Virus record (IMG/VR): IMGVR_UViG_3300036987_000522
Span: 1-42,064 of that record
Source of the DNA: a virus
Lineage: Duplodnaviria; Caudoviricetes
DNA: 42,064 bases
Strand: one strand, 5' to 3'
Shown: in pieces, positions 8,994 to 17,660 of the stretch
Layout of the letters: each line of letters starts with the position of its first letter
How positions within the stretch are numbered: the stretch's first letter is position 1
Program-made: the position numbers and the translations under genes
Notes under the pieces: generated by a model
Database searches by the model: none
What the model was told of the DNA's origin: nothing
Seen by the model: only the letters and a program-made list of their open reading frames with translations

Positions 8994-9241
8994 CCTTGCC
9001 GACCATTACACAGGTAAAGCGAGTGCGCCATAGCCGTTGTGAGTTTTGCGGGGGCAGGGGAGAGGACTTGCAGACAGAGATCATCGCCTCTCCCCTCGGC
9101 ACGAGCTATCAAATCCCGCTCAGCCACACATCCTGCAAGAAGACTGTATTGGAAGGTTCGCTTTTGTTTACAGAAAAAGGAGCAACCCATGAACCCAAGC
9201 AACGTGTACGAAACTCTACTCGAAGAACTCGCCGCTGGTGA
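8990..9241 (+). CDS. Small hypothetical Zn-binding protein
   Basis: ATGA overlap with ParB; CEFC..HTSC; overlaps next gene by ~50 nt. Confidence 0.4.
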   Translation: MTLPTITQVKRVRHSRCEFCGGRGEDLQTEIIASPLGTSYQIPLSHTSCKKTVLEGSLLFTEKGATHEPKQRVRNSTRRTRRW

Positions 9242-9611
9242 GCTGACCGACCTGCAGCGGAAGGTCTTTCACCTGCTGCGCGATAACCCAGATGGATTGG
9301 ATCGCTACCAGCTGGTGAATCACATCTTCGGATACATCCCTGTGAAGATCGATGGCAACACCGACGACCGCAAGATCCGCAAGGCGATCGAGAAACTCCG
9401 TCAGCGTCTCTTCCCAATCATCAGCACCAGCGGCAAGCCTGGGTATCGGCTGGATACCAGCAGGGAGGCCGTGCAGAAGATGATCCGCGAGCTGCGAAGC
9501 CGCAGGGACCGCATCGATGAGCAGATCCAAGCTGCGAGCAAGTTCTACAGCATCCCTGTGGTGTATCAGCCAGACCCAAGCCAGGTGGAGCAGTTGAGGA
9601 TGGCGCTATGA
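9189..9611 (+). CDS. Winged-helix DNA-binding protein
   Basis: AAAGGAG RBS; DRKIRKAIEKLR..IISTSGKPGYRL wHTH pattern. Confidence 0.65.
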   Translation: MNPSNVYETLLEELAAGELTDLQRKVFHLLRDNPDGLDRYQLVNHIFGYIPVKIDGNTDDRKIRKAIEKLRQRLFPIISTSGKPGYRLDTSREAVQKMIRELRSRRDRIDEQIQAASKFYSIPVVYQPDPSQVEQLRMAL

Positions 9612-9880
9612 AACAAAACCGAGCCAGATGCTCCATTTGTCTCAGACCGCTGAAGGACCCGTACTCAATCGCTGTTGGGATGGGACCCGAGTGCAGGGGA
9701 GCTGCGATCAAGAAAGGTGTCAAGTTCCCCAAGGCAAAGTGGCGTGTGAGTGGTGGCAGGGTCGTGTTCGATGGCCTCGAGACAAAGACAGACGGTCCGC
9801 TGGTAGGCGACCTCACAGGTAATAAACCCAGGATCAGGAAGGTGAAAGATGAAAGCACAACCGAAGACGAGAGTGATTGA
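9608..9880 (+). CDS. DUF6011-like Zn-finger protein
   Basis: CSICLRPLKDPYSIAVGMGPEC signature. Confidence 0.7.
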   Translation: MKQNRARCSICLRPLKDPYSIAVGMGPECRGAAIKKGVKFPKAKWRVSGGRVVFDGLETKTDGPLVGDLTGNKPRIRKVKDESTTEDESD

Positions 9881-10109
9881 AGTCAGGGAAGCACCTGCGC
9901 TGAAAAACCCTTTCATTCAACAGGGCATCCGTGATTTGAACTCTGCCAGGGCATGGGGCGAGAAGAACGGTCACGCTGTTGTTTACTTCATGCCGAAGAA
10001 GCAGAAGGTGTATGCCGACCGCCTGAAGACAGATGTGGCAGCCCAAGCAGAGAAGCTTGAAGAGCAGTCCGTCCAATTGGTGATGTTTGCGGAAGGTGAT
10101 CTGTCATGA
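9849..10109 (+). CDS. Hypothetical protein
   Basis: AAGGTG RBS; operon packing. Confidence 0.5.
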   Translation: MKAQPKTRVIEVREAPALKNPFIQQGIRDLNSARAWGEKNGHAVVYFMPKKQKVYADRLKTDVAAQAEKLEEQSVQLVMFAEGDLS

Positions 10110-10345
10110 CTGGGCTTGGCGCACTCTTCCTGATGGCGGCTACAAGCGGTGATCAAGGCGAAATGACAACCAGCACGCCGAAGCCGAGAAGCAACACGGG
10201 CACGATCTTCAAATTGTGCCAGGGCGATTGCATGGAGCAGACACCGCATGAACTCAAAGCAGGATACAGCCAGTGTGTGATCTGCGGAAACAAGATCTAT
10301 GCCAAACCAGTTGAGTCCACGGATCAAAACGACAGTACAGGGTGA
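10106..10345 (+). CDS. Small Zn-ribbon protein (start uncertain)
   Basis: CQGDC..H..CVIC. Confidence 0.4.
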   Translation: MTGLGALFLMAATSGDQGEMTTSTPKPRSNTGTIFKLCQGDCMEQTPHELKAGYSQCVICGNKIYAKPVESTDQNDSTG

Positions 10346-10550
10346 GGGGAGCGTTGTCCATCATGACATCACTCCCTACGGCTTGTGCAGGATGTGTGTG
10401 GCCAGTTATCACAAATATCCTGACCTCGAGACCTGGTGCGGCATGCTGCCCGAAGGCACACGGCTATTAGGGCATCGATACGTGGAAAAGATAACTCTGG
10501 AAGTCGTGTTCATTGGGTATCTGTGGATTTATTACAAGAACGGAAGGTGA
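10299..10550 (+). CDS. Hypothetical protein (start uncertain)
   Basis: Fills the gap and ends 3 bp before the next ATG. Confidence 0.35.
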   Translation: MPNQLSPRIKTTVQGEGSVVHHDITPYGLCRMCVASYHKYPDLETWCGMLPEGTRLLGHRYVEKITLEVVFIGYLWIYYKNGR

Positions 10551-10553
10551 AAT

Positions 10554-10940
10554 ATGAACAAGCATACTCTGATCATCATTACATTCGTGCTGGGCATCGG
10601 GGCCGTGTTATTTGCCGACCAGCTGCTGGCGATCTTCCACGGCATGAGTCCATTGCAGGCGATGCAGATGATCTGGACGTTCGTGCTGCACGTGGCAGTG
10701 ACGACCATCGTTGGGTACGTGGTGGTCGGGCTGCCTGCCATCGTCAAGCCGTGGCTGCGGATGTTTCTGCGGAAACGCAAGGCAACCCACCGCGGCATGG
10801 ATGTGCAAAAGACCGCCACCCAACGCGCTCCACGGATCAACAAAGACCAGGTGCTGCTGTGGATGGCGAGCCAAATGACCAAGGGCAAGGCGACGACAGA
10901 AACACGTCAACCCTCGGATGATATCCAGATCAAGCTGTAA
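10554..10940 (+). CDS. Membrane protein (2 TM) with basic tail, first gene of FtsK module
   Basis: GGAAGG RBS; two TM helices. Confidence 0.65.
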   Translation: MNKHTLIIITFVLGIGAVLFADQLLAIFHGMSPLQAMQMIWTFVLHVAVTTIVGYVVVGLPAIVKPWLRMFLRKRKATHRGMDVQKTATQRAPRINKDQVLLWMASQMTKGKATTETRQPSDDIQIKL

Positions 10941-10951
10941 GCGAGGATGCC

Positions 10952-11908
10952 ATGAAAAAGATACTGATCTTGATTCCGCTTCTCTTCATCCTCGCGGCAT
11001 GTGGGGAGGGACAGGTGGCACAAGGCACGCCGACACCGACACCCAACCCTGGTGATATTGCTTTGCAGATGGTGCAACAGATGATGGCTGCAGAAGCCAC
11101 TCAGCAGGTGGTGGGTCTGCAGTTTACCGCCACGGCTCAAGTGATGGCGGTGACGTCAACACATCAGGCAGTGGGTACGCAGGAAGCGATCACCCAACAG
11201 GCACGGATGGATGCCCAAGCAACAGCTGACCAGGCTCTGCGATTTGCGCAGGCGACCCAGCAGCGGCTGGATGTGGAAGCGACTCAGGCACAGGCGAAGC
11301 TAAATCTGCAAGCGACACAACAGGCAGAGGCAACGTCAACGGCATTCGTGATGACCCAGGCGGTTATGCCGACCCATAATCTGTGGACTCAGCAGGCAGT
11401 GGAACAGCAGATCATTATTGCAACCAACGAGGTGGAGTTATCGAACCTCGCTGTTCAACAGCAGCGACAGAAGAACCCCTGGGAATGGTCTCTGCCGATG
11501 CTTGGCGCTGTTGTGCTGGTGATCGGGTTTCTGCTGTACGTCCGTAATCACTCCAAGGTGAGAGAAATCAAGAATGCCGACGGTGGCGTGGATGTGCTCA
11601 TCTTGAATGGTGAAACGATGATCACCCCGCGACTGCTGCCAAAGCCTGTCTTTGATATCGAGACAGGGCAGATGCCCGACATGACGGACCCTGCCCAGCA
11701 GGCAGAGATCGTGCGCCGTGATCAAGGCATCCGCGCCTTGGAAGTAATGCCAGTCAATCCTGCAGGGCATGCAGTCTCAGCATTCAATGGTTACTTCAGT
11801 GACACCACAGATGCAAAGAAGATCCCGCCCGTTGAAATTTTGAAGCCTGAAGATATCGGTCACAACATCCTCGAGGAGATCGAGGGACAGGTTGTGGAGG
11901 AAGGATAA
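10952..11908 (+). CDS. Lipoprotein with Gln/Ala/Thr-rich coiled region and internal TM helix
   Basis: MKK..LAAC lipobox; QAT-rich helix; TM LPMLGAVVLVIGFLLYV. Confidence 0.7.
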   Translation: MKKILILIPLLFILAACGEGQVAQGTPTPTPNPGDIALQMVQQMMAAEATQQVVGLQFTATAQVMAVTSTHQAVGTQEAITQQARMDAQATADQALRFAQATQQRLDVEATQAQAKLNLQATQQAEATSTAFVMTQAVMPTHNLWTQQAVEQQIIIATNEVELSNLAVQQQRQKNPWEWSLPMLGAVVLVIGFLLYVRNHSKVREIKNADGGVDVLILNGETMITPRLLPKPVFDIETGQMPDMTDPAQQAEIVRRDQGIRALEVMPVNPAGHAVSAFNGYFSDTTDAKKIPPVEILKPEDIGHNILEEIEGQVVEEG

Positions 11909-11910
11909 CC

Positions 11911-13242
11911 ATGCTGCCTACAGTTTCCCTTTATCAGAACGCTCAAAAGTGCGCACAGGTAATGTGCCACATCCTGAGCGAAGAAATGAAGCTGCAATAT
12001 CCGCAGCGGTTCATACTCACAGAGCATGGCAAGTTCACGTGGCTGCTGGCTGTGATGGATGACCTGAACCTTGGCGGATCAATGAACAAGTACGTGCATA
12101 CCAGCACCCTGCACCGTTTAAGCACTGCGCTTGATGGTCTGCCTGTGCTGCTGAGCAATCACAGCGGCTTGCGGTATGCAGTGCTGCTTTCGGAAAAACC
12201 GCGCCTGCCTCAGTCGGTTGCATATCCCGAGGAAGTCAATGCACTGGATATGTTTCCGCTTGGGGTTGGTCTGGCAGGGAATATCCACGTCCACGCAAAG
12301 CAGATCGTCAACATGATCGTGGTGGGTGCTCAAGATAGCGGCAAGAGCATGGTGCTGCGTGCGCTGGCTCACACGGCACGCATGCATGGATCGGAGCTCT
12401 ATCTTGCCGACCCTGTCCAGCACACATTCAATCCAGACTTGTGGAGCAAGTCCGCTTATGTTCTTCACAGTACAGCTATTTTCCTCAAAGTGCTGGAACG
12501 GCTCAATGCTGAGATCGAGAAACGATCTGAACTGTTCAGGGTGGCAGGCAGAGTTCCTGCAGAGGATCTGGACGCATACAACAGCCTCACAGGGGAAGCC
12601 TTGCCGCGAGTCTGGTTGATCGCCGATGAAGCGAACACATTTCTTGCATCCAAGGCAGTGCAGGAACGGCTGGCGGACCCTGCTCGCATCGGTCGGAAGT
12701 TTGGCATTCACATCGTACTGGCTGGACACGACTGGCATGAGTACACCGTCAACCGCGGTCTGACCTCCTACTTTGAAACCCGCTTATGCCTGCGCACTTC
12801 GAACGATACGACTGGCAGGATCGTGCTGGATGATGTGATGCGCGGCAAGAGAACGATGAATTTCCGTCAGCCTGGGCGTGCCATCCTGCGGCTGCGCGGT
12901 CAATACCATGACCTGCAACTGTACAACGTCTCACCTGATCGCGAAGCGGAATGGTTCATGCAGGCAGAGAAGCAAAAAGTAGTCGTTGATCTGGCGGAGT
13001 TACCAACTGAACCAATGCCGACTGCAGAGGATGAGATTGCCAAACTGGCAGAGTCCATACGTGGGCAGTGGGCAGTTGGGTTGAGCAGAACCAAAACAGC
13101 AAAACTGTTGGGCTTCTCCCAGTATGGTGGGTCGTTCAAGACGAAGACCGACCTGGTTGTTGATTACCTGACCGCTACTACTACTACTACTACAGCCCAG
13201 GAAGAGCCCAAAATAGGCGATTTTGCGGCTGAAATGGCATAG
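11911..13242 (+). CDS. FtsK/SpoIIIE/TraB-like DNA translocase ATPase with C-terminal HTH
   Basis: Walker A GAQDSGKS, Walker B LIADE, GRKFGIHIVLA, PGRAIL; LSRTKTAKLLG HTH-like end. Confidence 0.8.
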   Translation: MLPTVSLYQNAQKCAQVMCHILSEEMKLQYPQRFILTEHGKFTWLLAVMDDLNLGGSMNKYVHTSTLHRLSTALDGLPVLLSNHSGLRYAVLLSEKPRLPQSVAYPEEVNALDMFPLGVGLAGNIHVHAKQIVNMIVVGAQDSGKSMVLRALAHTARMHGSELYLADPVQHTFNPDLWSKSAYVLHSTAIFLKVLERLNAEIEKRSELFRVAGRVPAEDLDAYNSLTGEALPRVWLIADEANTFLASKAVQERLADPARIGRKFGIHIVLAGHDWHEYTVNRGLTSYFETRLCLRTSNDTTGRIVLDDVMRGKRTMNFRQPGRAILRLRGQYHDLQLYNVSPDREAEWFMQAEKQKVVVDLAELPTEPMPTAEDEIAKLAESIRGQWAVGLSRTKTAKLLGFSQYGGSFKTKTDLVVDYLTATTTTTTAQEEPKIGDFAAEMA

Positions 13243-13259
13243 AGAGTAGTAGTAGTAGC
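13174..13259. repeat. Inverted (CTA)n/(TAG)n repeat at the 3' end of the FtsK gene
   Basis: GCTACTACTACTACTACTAC (13174-13193) and GTAGTAGTAGTAGC (13246-13259), with inner CAGCC/GGCTG and CAAAAT/ATTTTG arms. Confidence 0.75.
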
Positions 13260-13267
13260 ACTTTCAG

Positions 13268-13297
13268 CTTGACTTATTCGGGCTGCAGCGGCGTAAT
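13268..13297 (+). promoter_or_regulatory. Promoter-like motif CTTGACTT-NNNC-GGGCT-NNN-GCGGCGTAAT, copy 1
   Basis: TTGACT-17 bp-CGTAAT; same motif at 24030. Confidence 0.6.
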
Positions 13298-13319
13298 GTC
13301 GCCCCGAAAAGGAGACCTT

Positions 13320-14081
13320 ATGACAACGAACAAAGCAGAAAAGAAACCAAACAAGCGGATCAACATCCACACCACAATCATGTGGGGCATGGCGCTGGTG
13401 CAGGCTGTCAGGTATGCGCGGGCATTTGCCATCGCAGAGATTGGACGCCATGATCTGACAGGCATGCCAAACGTGGACGAATTCCTAGCTTATGCATCCC
13501 TGATCACAGGGCTGCTGATGGGCTTTGGCATGTCCCTAGGGCTGGCATTTGTTGCAAGCCAACTGCGCGGCTTGAAGGGCAAGAAGGAAACCCAGTGGGT
13601 GACTGGACTTTTCATGGTGATGCTCATCGTCTCGCCAGTGGTGCTGACGCCAATGGTAAAGGGCACGATGGCAGAATGGCTGGCCGACATCCTGTATTAC
13701 CCAATCTTGCAATGGCTGTGGGCGGTGGGTGTGGTGGTGCTTCCCGACGCTCTGATCGCTGCGGTCGGTTTCATGGATCGCTCAGCGACGCTGCCAGCGA
13801 AGTCCAGCGACGCTCCAGCGACAGCCAGCGACGCTGGGAGCGACGTTCAGCGACAGTCAGCGACGCTCAAAAGTCGCTCAGCGAAGAAACCAGCGACTGT
13901 CAGCGACGCTCAAGCGAAAATTTACAGGTGTGAATGCGGGCAGACCTTTGCCGACAGGTTCAAGTACAGCGGTCACACACGGACATGCGCAAAGCGCAAA
14001 GAGATCATGGCAGGTAAGAATTTGATCGCGGTGGAGCTTCCAGCGACGCCAGCGAAGATTGAGCGAGGCGGTGAGCGATGA
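13320..14081 (+). CDS. Multi-TM membrane protein with repeat-encoded linker and C-terminal Zn finger (Spd-like)
   Basis: AAAGGAG RBS; ~4 TM; CECGQTF..GHTRTC. Confidence 0.7.
   Translation: MTTNKAEKKPNKRINIHTTIMWGMALVQAVRYARAFAIAEIGRHDLTGMPNVDEFLAYASLITGLLMGFGMSLGLAFVASQLRGLKGKKETQWVTGLFMVMLIVSPVVLTPMVKGTMAEWLADILYYPILQWLWAVGVVVLPDALIAAVGFMDRSATLPAKSSDAPATASDAGSDVQRQSATLKSRSAKKPATVSDAQAKIYRCECGQTFADRFKYSGHTRTCAKRKEIMAGKNLIAVELPATPAKIERGGER
13783..13917 (+). repeat. Array of 12 phased (C)AGCGA(C) direct repeats
   Basis: AGCGA at 13784, 13796, 13806, 13817, 13827, 13839, 13849, 13859, 13880, 13892, 13902, 13913. Confidence 0.85.
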
Positions 14082-15160
14082 CAACTTTACTACCCACACA
14101 AGACTTGGCACTTATGCGAGCGCTGGCACGCACAGCAGGTGTGCTGCTGGTGGCAGTGCGGATCAATCAACTGCACCCAGGGCGAGCGATCTCGGACTAT
14201 GAGATCGCCGACATCCTCGAAGTGGACAAGCGGACCGTGCAGAAGCAGCTGCGGTCACTGTCTGCGGCAGGCCTGATGCTCGAGCAGCGTCCAGGCAAGT
14301 ACGTGGTAACAGCGGCAGGGCAGAACACACTGCTCAGCTGGTCAGATCAGCCACAGATTGCTGAGACGGCGAGTCTTTCTATAGAGGAGCAGCCAGTTTA
14401 TAGTGACGCACAAAATGTGCATGCACAAAATGTGCAGTTCATGATTGATGATGATGACATTAAGAACTTAAATCCTGATTCATCATCCTCAATCAATCCG
14501 GAGAGCACAAAATGTGCGCAAATTTTGGACGCAACGCAAGTTTTGTTTGGGGAGTCGGTTTCAACAGCCTGTCTCTCCGAGATTGCTCACCCAAAGCCAA
14601 CATGGGTGCTCGCCTGGGTCAACAAGGCCTGGCGCGATCGCGAGCGGCTGACAAACCCACACGGGTTGATTTATCGCCGAGTGATATCCTGCGAGCGCCC
14701 GCCTTTGTGGCTGGAGAAGGACCCAACTGCAGGGCTGCCAGAGGAGTTCCTCGAGGCAATCGGGATGCTCGAGAAGGTCTGCCCACGCTGCCACGAGAAG
14801 TTCACAATTCTGGCTGAACACACGGCGCATGTCGAAAAGTGCCTCATGACCCACTTCGAGGAGCCAGAGGAGGAATTGGCAGCTGGTCCCGATGAGACGG
14901 TCACAGAGCAGGTTCGCCAATCATGGCAAACGGTGCTTGATCAGCTGCGGAACGAGATGCCAAAGGCACAGTTTCAGACTTGGGTCGAAGATGCTCACCC
15001 TGTGCATTTTGGTGGCACGGTGCTGCAGGTAGGAGTCCGCAACGGGTATGCAAAGCACTGGTTGACTACCAACCTGAGCGAGCAGGCAGGACGCCTGGTG
15101 AGTAAAACCTTCAATGCGACGGTCTGCTTGGAGTGGATCGTTTCTGCGGAAACGGAGTAG
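14078..15160 (+). CDS. Phage replication initiator (N-terminal HTH, C-terminal DnaA-N-like domain)
   Basis: SDYEIADILEVDKRTVQKQLRSL wHTH; WQTVLDQL..FQTWV..NGYAKHWL DnaA_N-like; internal iterons. Confidence 0.75.
   Translation: MTTLLPTQDLALMRALARTAGVLLVAVRINQLHPGRAISDYEIADILEVDKRTVQKQLRSLSAAGLMLEQRPGKYVVTAAGQNTLLSWSDQPQIAETASLSIEEQPVYSDAQNVHAQNVQFMIDDDDIKNLNPDSSSSINPESTKCAQILDATQVLFGESVSTACLSEIAHPKPTWVLAWVNKAWRDRERLTNPHGLIYRRVISCERPPLWLEKDPTAGLPEEFLEAIGMLEKVCPRCHEKFTILAEHTAHVEKCLMTHFEEPEEELAAGPDETVTEQVRQSWQTVLDQLRNEMPKAQFQTWVEDAHPVHFGGTVLQVGVRNGYAKHWLTTNLSEQAGRLVSKTFNATVCLEWIVSAETE
14408..14517. repeat. Putative phage replication origin (iterons plus AT-rich inverted repeat)
   Basis: GCACAAAATGTGC at 14408, 14423 and 14505, flanking a GATTGATGATGATGA / TCATCATCCTCAATC inverted repeat. 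Confidence 0.7.
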
Positions 15161-15162
15161 GC

Positions 15163-15507
15163 ATGCCAGCAGCTGATCGCCGTTTCTTTCTCTGCACTGG
15201 TCAGTGCGTCGAATACAAAGACCTTTACAAGTTCCCCCAGAGTCACATTCTTGGTGAGCTGCGGTATGTCACGGATGAGGGCCGACGGGTGACGGCTCTG
15301 GCGCTGTACGAGATCCCAGTCAGCGCGACTGAAGTCCCACCGCTCAAGCCGAGCATCATCGTCCACATCGTAGGGGATGCTCGGATGATCAGGTGCAGGT
15401 TTGCCGACTGCACTAAGTCGCAGCGGTGGGAGTTGGGTAGGGCGGCTTTCCTGGCGCTGATGGACCGCATGGGTTATCAGGGAAAGCTCTTGGAAAGTGA
15501 AAACTAG
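15163..15507 (+). CDS. Hypothetical Cys-containing protein, last early gene (candidate late regulator)
   Basis: GGAG RBS; CTGQC..CRFADC; position only. Confidence 0.5.
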   Translation: MPAADRRFFLCTGQCVEYKDLYKFPQSHILGELRYVTDEGRRVTALALYEIPVSATEVPPLKPSIIVHIVGDARMIRCRFADCTKSQRWELGRAAFLALMDRMGYQGKLLESEN

Positions 15508-15637
15508 TCACCCATAAATGGCACGACAAATTAATGAAATTTTAATGTGGCAATCTTATTTGTTGATTGGTTATAAAATAGGCTCTTTTTCTGTTAAAAT
15601 ACATAATCTATTGTTTTCTGAAACTCTAGGAGGAATA

Positions 15638-16711
15638 ATGTCATTTACTGACAGAATAAAACTTATAGAAGAACTAGAAAAAGTTCGAGACTCCCGTGTG
15701 CTTTGCTATATCTTAGGTGATCGAGAATCTTTTCCCCCTGGTTTTCCCCCTGGATATTCACTTCAGCTTAGTAATGAGCCCGCATTTCAGCTACAAGAAT
15801 TAGTCCGTTCTATCGGTAAAATAAAAAAACTTGATCTTTTCCTCTATACTCGAGGAGGCTCTACAGATGCGGTTTGGCCGTTAATTAATTTATTACGAGA
15901 ATATTGTGAACACTTAACTGTAATTGTTCCGTTCAGAGCCCATAGTGCTGGTACTTTAATTTGCTTGGGGGCAGATGAAATTATTATGACTGAAGCTGCT
16001 GAGTTAAGCCCAATTGACCCCACAACTGGGAATCAATTTAACCCATCCGATCCAGCTAATCCCCAAAGTAAGTTTGGAATTAGTGTAGAGGATGTAGCTG
16101 CCTACTTTGAACTAAGCGCTAAAAGAGCGGACATTGCTGCAGAAAACTTGAAGCTTGAAGTTTTTAAAGAGTTAACTAATAAGGTGCATCCTTTGGCGCT
16201 TGGTAATGTTCAGCGAGTGTATAACCAAATACGATTTTTAGCTCGCAACCTTCTTTCCCTTCATCTTGACGTAAATGGTCACAAAGAAAGAATTGACAGC
16301 ATTATAAAAAGTTTGACAGAAGAATTTTATTCTCATGTCCATTCGATTAATCGAAAAGAAGCAGCATCGTTAATGGGTGATTGGGTACGTTTACCTAACA
16401 AAGAAGAAGAAACCCTAATTGCAAATCTCTTTGGTCAGTATGTGAGTGATTTAGAATTAAATACTAAATTTCAAACGCCAGAATATATGGGCGACAATCC
16501 AGAGTGTGCTTTAAATGTTATTGGCGGTTTTCTGGAAACTAAAGAGAAATCCTATAAGTATGAAACCTCGATGAATATTTTTCAACGTTCAATTCTTCCT
16601 CAAGGTTTTCAAGTCCAGGTTCCCCCTGGATCTATCATGCCCTTGCTTCCTGGGTTTCCAAGATCCTTTGATTCTTCCATTCTTCACATGGCATGGATGC
16701 CAAATGAGTAA
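15638..16711 (+). CDS. SDH-family ClpP-fold serine protease (S49-like)
   Basis: LYTRGG, VPFRAHSAGTLICLGADEI (Ser), LSPIDP (Asp), YSH (His); AGGAGG RBS; AT-rich. Confidence 0.85.
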   Translation: MSFTDRIKLIEELEKVRDSRVLCYILGDRESFPPGFPPGYSLQLSNEPAFQLQELVRSIGKIKKLDLFLYTRGGSTDAVWPLINLLREYCEHLTVIVPFRAHSAGTLICLGADEIIMTEAAELSPIDPTTGNQFNPSDPANPQSKFGISVEDVAAYFELSAKRADIAAENLKLEVFKELTNKVHPLALGNVQRVYNQIRFLARNLLSLHLDVNGHKERIDSIIKSLTEEFYSHVHSINRKEAASLMGDWVRLPNKEEETLIANLFGQYVSDLELNTKFQTPEYMGDNPECALNVIGGFLETKEKSYKYETSMNIFQRSILPQGFQVQVPPGSIMPLLPGFPRSFDSSILHMAWMPNE

Positions 16712-16722
16712 TGAGGTAAGTT

Positions 16723-16989
16723 ATGTCTGATATAAGAAAATACACTACTTCTGTGCATAACAGTTTTATATCTATGCAAATATCCTATTCGACAGCAGAT
16801 GTCGAAAAAAGCTTGTTTACAGGAACAGCGTCTGTTGCCTTAGAAAATCCATCGCCAAGTGGAAACATCGAACTTCTTGTTGTTGATGGAGATGTATTTA
16901 TTCTCCAAGAATCAAGCCCGGAAGATGCAGTTCCACTAACGCCTGGTGCGGGTATTACTGGATTGGTTGCTATTGATAAGCAAGAATAA
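16723..16989 (+). CDS. Small acidic hypothetical protein (candidate antitoxin/substrate)
   Basis: GAGG RBS; lies between protease and PIN. Confidence 0.6.
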   Translation: MSDIRKYTTSVHNSFISMQISYSTADVEKSLFTGTASVALENPSPSGNIELLVVDGDVFILQESSPEDAVPLTPGAGITGLVAIDKQE

Positions 16990-17004
16990 GTTACAAATGT
17001 TTTC

Positions 17005-17469
17005 ATGCATCGAAACCAATTCAGTCAACAACCATCATTTGGACGGAGTATATATTCCAAGGCTGTCATGCTTGATACAGGTGCCTTGATCGCTTTGTCT
17101 AACTCGAGAGATAAATATCATCTTCCAGCCAAAAATAGTTTAGACCGCTTGGTTAGCGATCGATTTCCGCTATATATTACAATTCCAACTATTTATGAAA
17201 CTCAAAGGAGACTACTCCTTGATTTAGGCATTAAGGCATCAAGTAAATTCTTAACTAATATATTTGATGGTTCAATTAATATAGAGAAAACAAGTACTGA
17301 TGATGATATGGCGGCAAAAACCTTAACAGAAAAATATTCCTACATGCCACTTACCTTGACTGATGCGGTTAATATGACAGTTATGATTCGACTGGGAATT
17401 GCAAAGATTTTTTCTTTTGATGAGCATTTTATCCGAGTGGGTTTTCTGATAGTGCCTCCTGTAAGATAA
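17005..17469 (+). CDS. PIN-domain (VapC-like) ribonuclease
   Basis: MLDTGALIAL, TIYET, LTLTDA, IFSFDEHF acidic tetrad. Confidence 0.85.
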   Translation: MHRNQFSQQPSFGRSIYSKAVMLDTGALIALSNSRDKYHLPAKNSLDRLVSDRFPLYITIPTIYETQRRLLLDLGIKASSKFLTNIFDGSINIEKTSTDDDMAAKTLTEKYSYMPLTLTDAVNMTVMIRLGIAKIFSFDEHFIRVGFLIVPPVR

Positions 17470-17531
17470 GAATAACTCATCATTTATTTTATTAATAAAA
17501 TCGATGTATAATTAAATTTGAAAGGAGAAAC

Positions 17532-17630
17532 AACAACTAAATAAACTTTTGCAGTCCTGGTCATGTATCGGGACACACATTCGGAAATGATGCGCCCGAA
17601 GACTCAATCGAGTCTTCGGGCGTTTTTGTT
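17532..17630 (+). promoter_or_regulatory. Late-operon structured leader with intrinsic terminator, copy A
   Basis: TATAAT at 17507; hairpin GTCCTGGT..ATCGGGAC; terminator CGCCCGAAGACTC-AATC-GAGTCTTCGGGCG-TTTTT; repeated at ~25082-25180. Confidence 0.75.
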
Positions 17631-17660
17631 TCCATAGTCAAATTATAAGGAGATGTTCGT

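Noticed and set aside
13783-13917. CRISPR or mini-array interpretation of the AGCGA repeats
   Set aside because: Unit is only 5-8 bp with ~5-bp spacers; no cas genes
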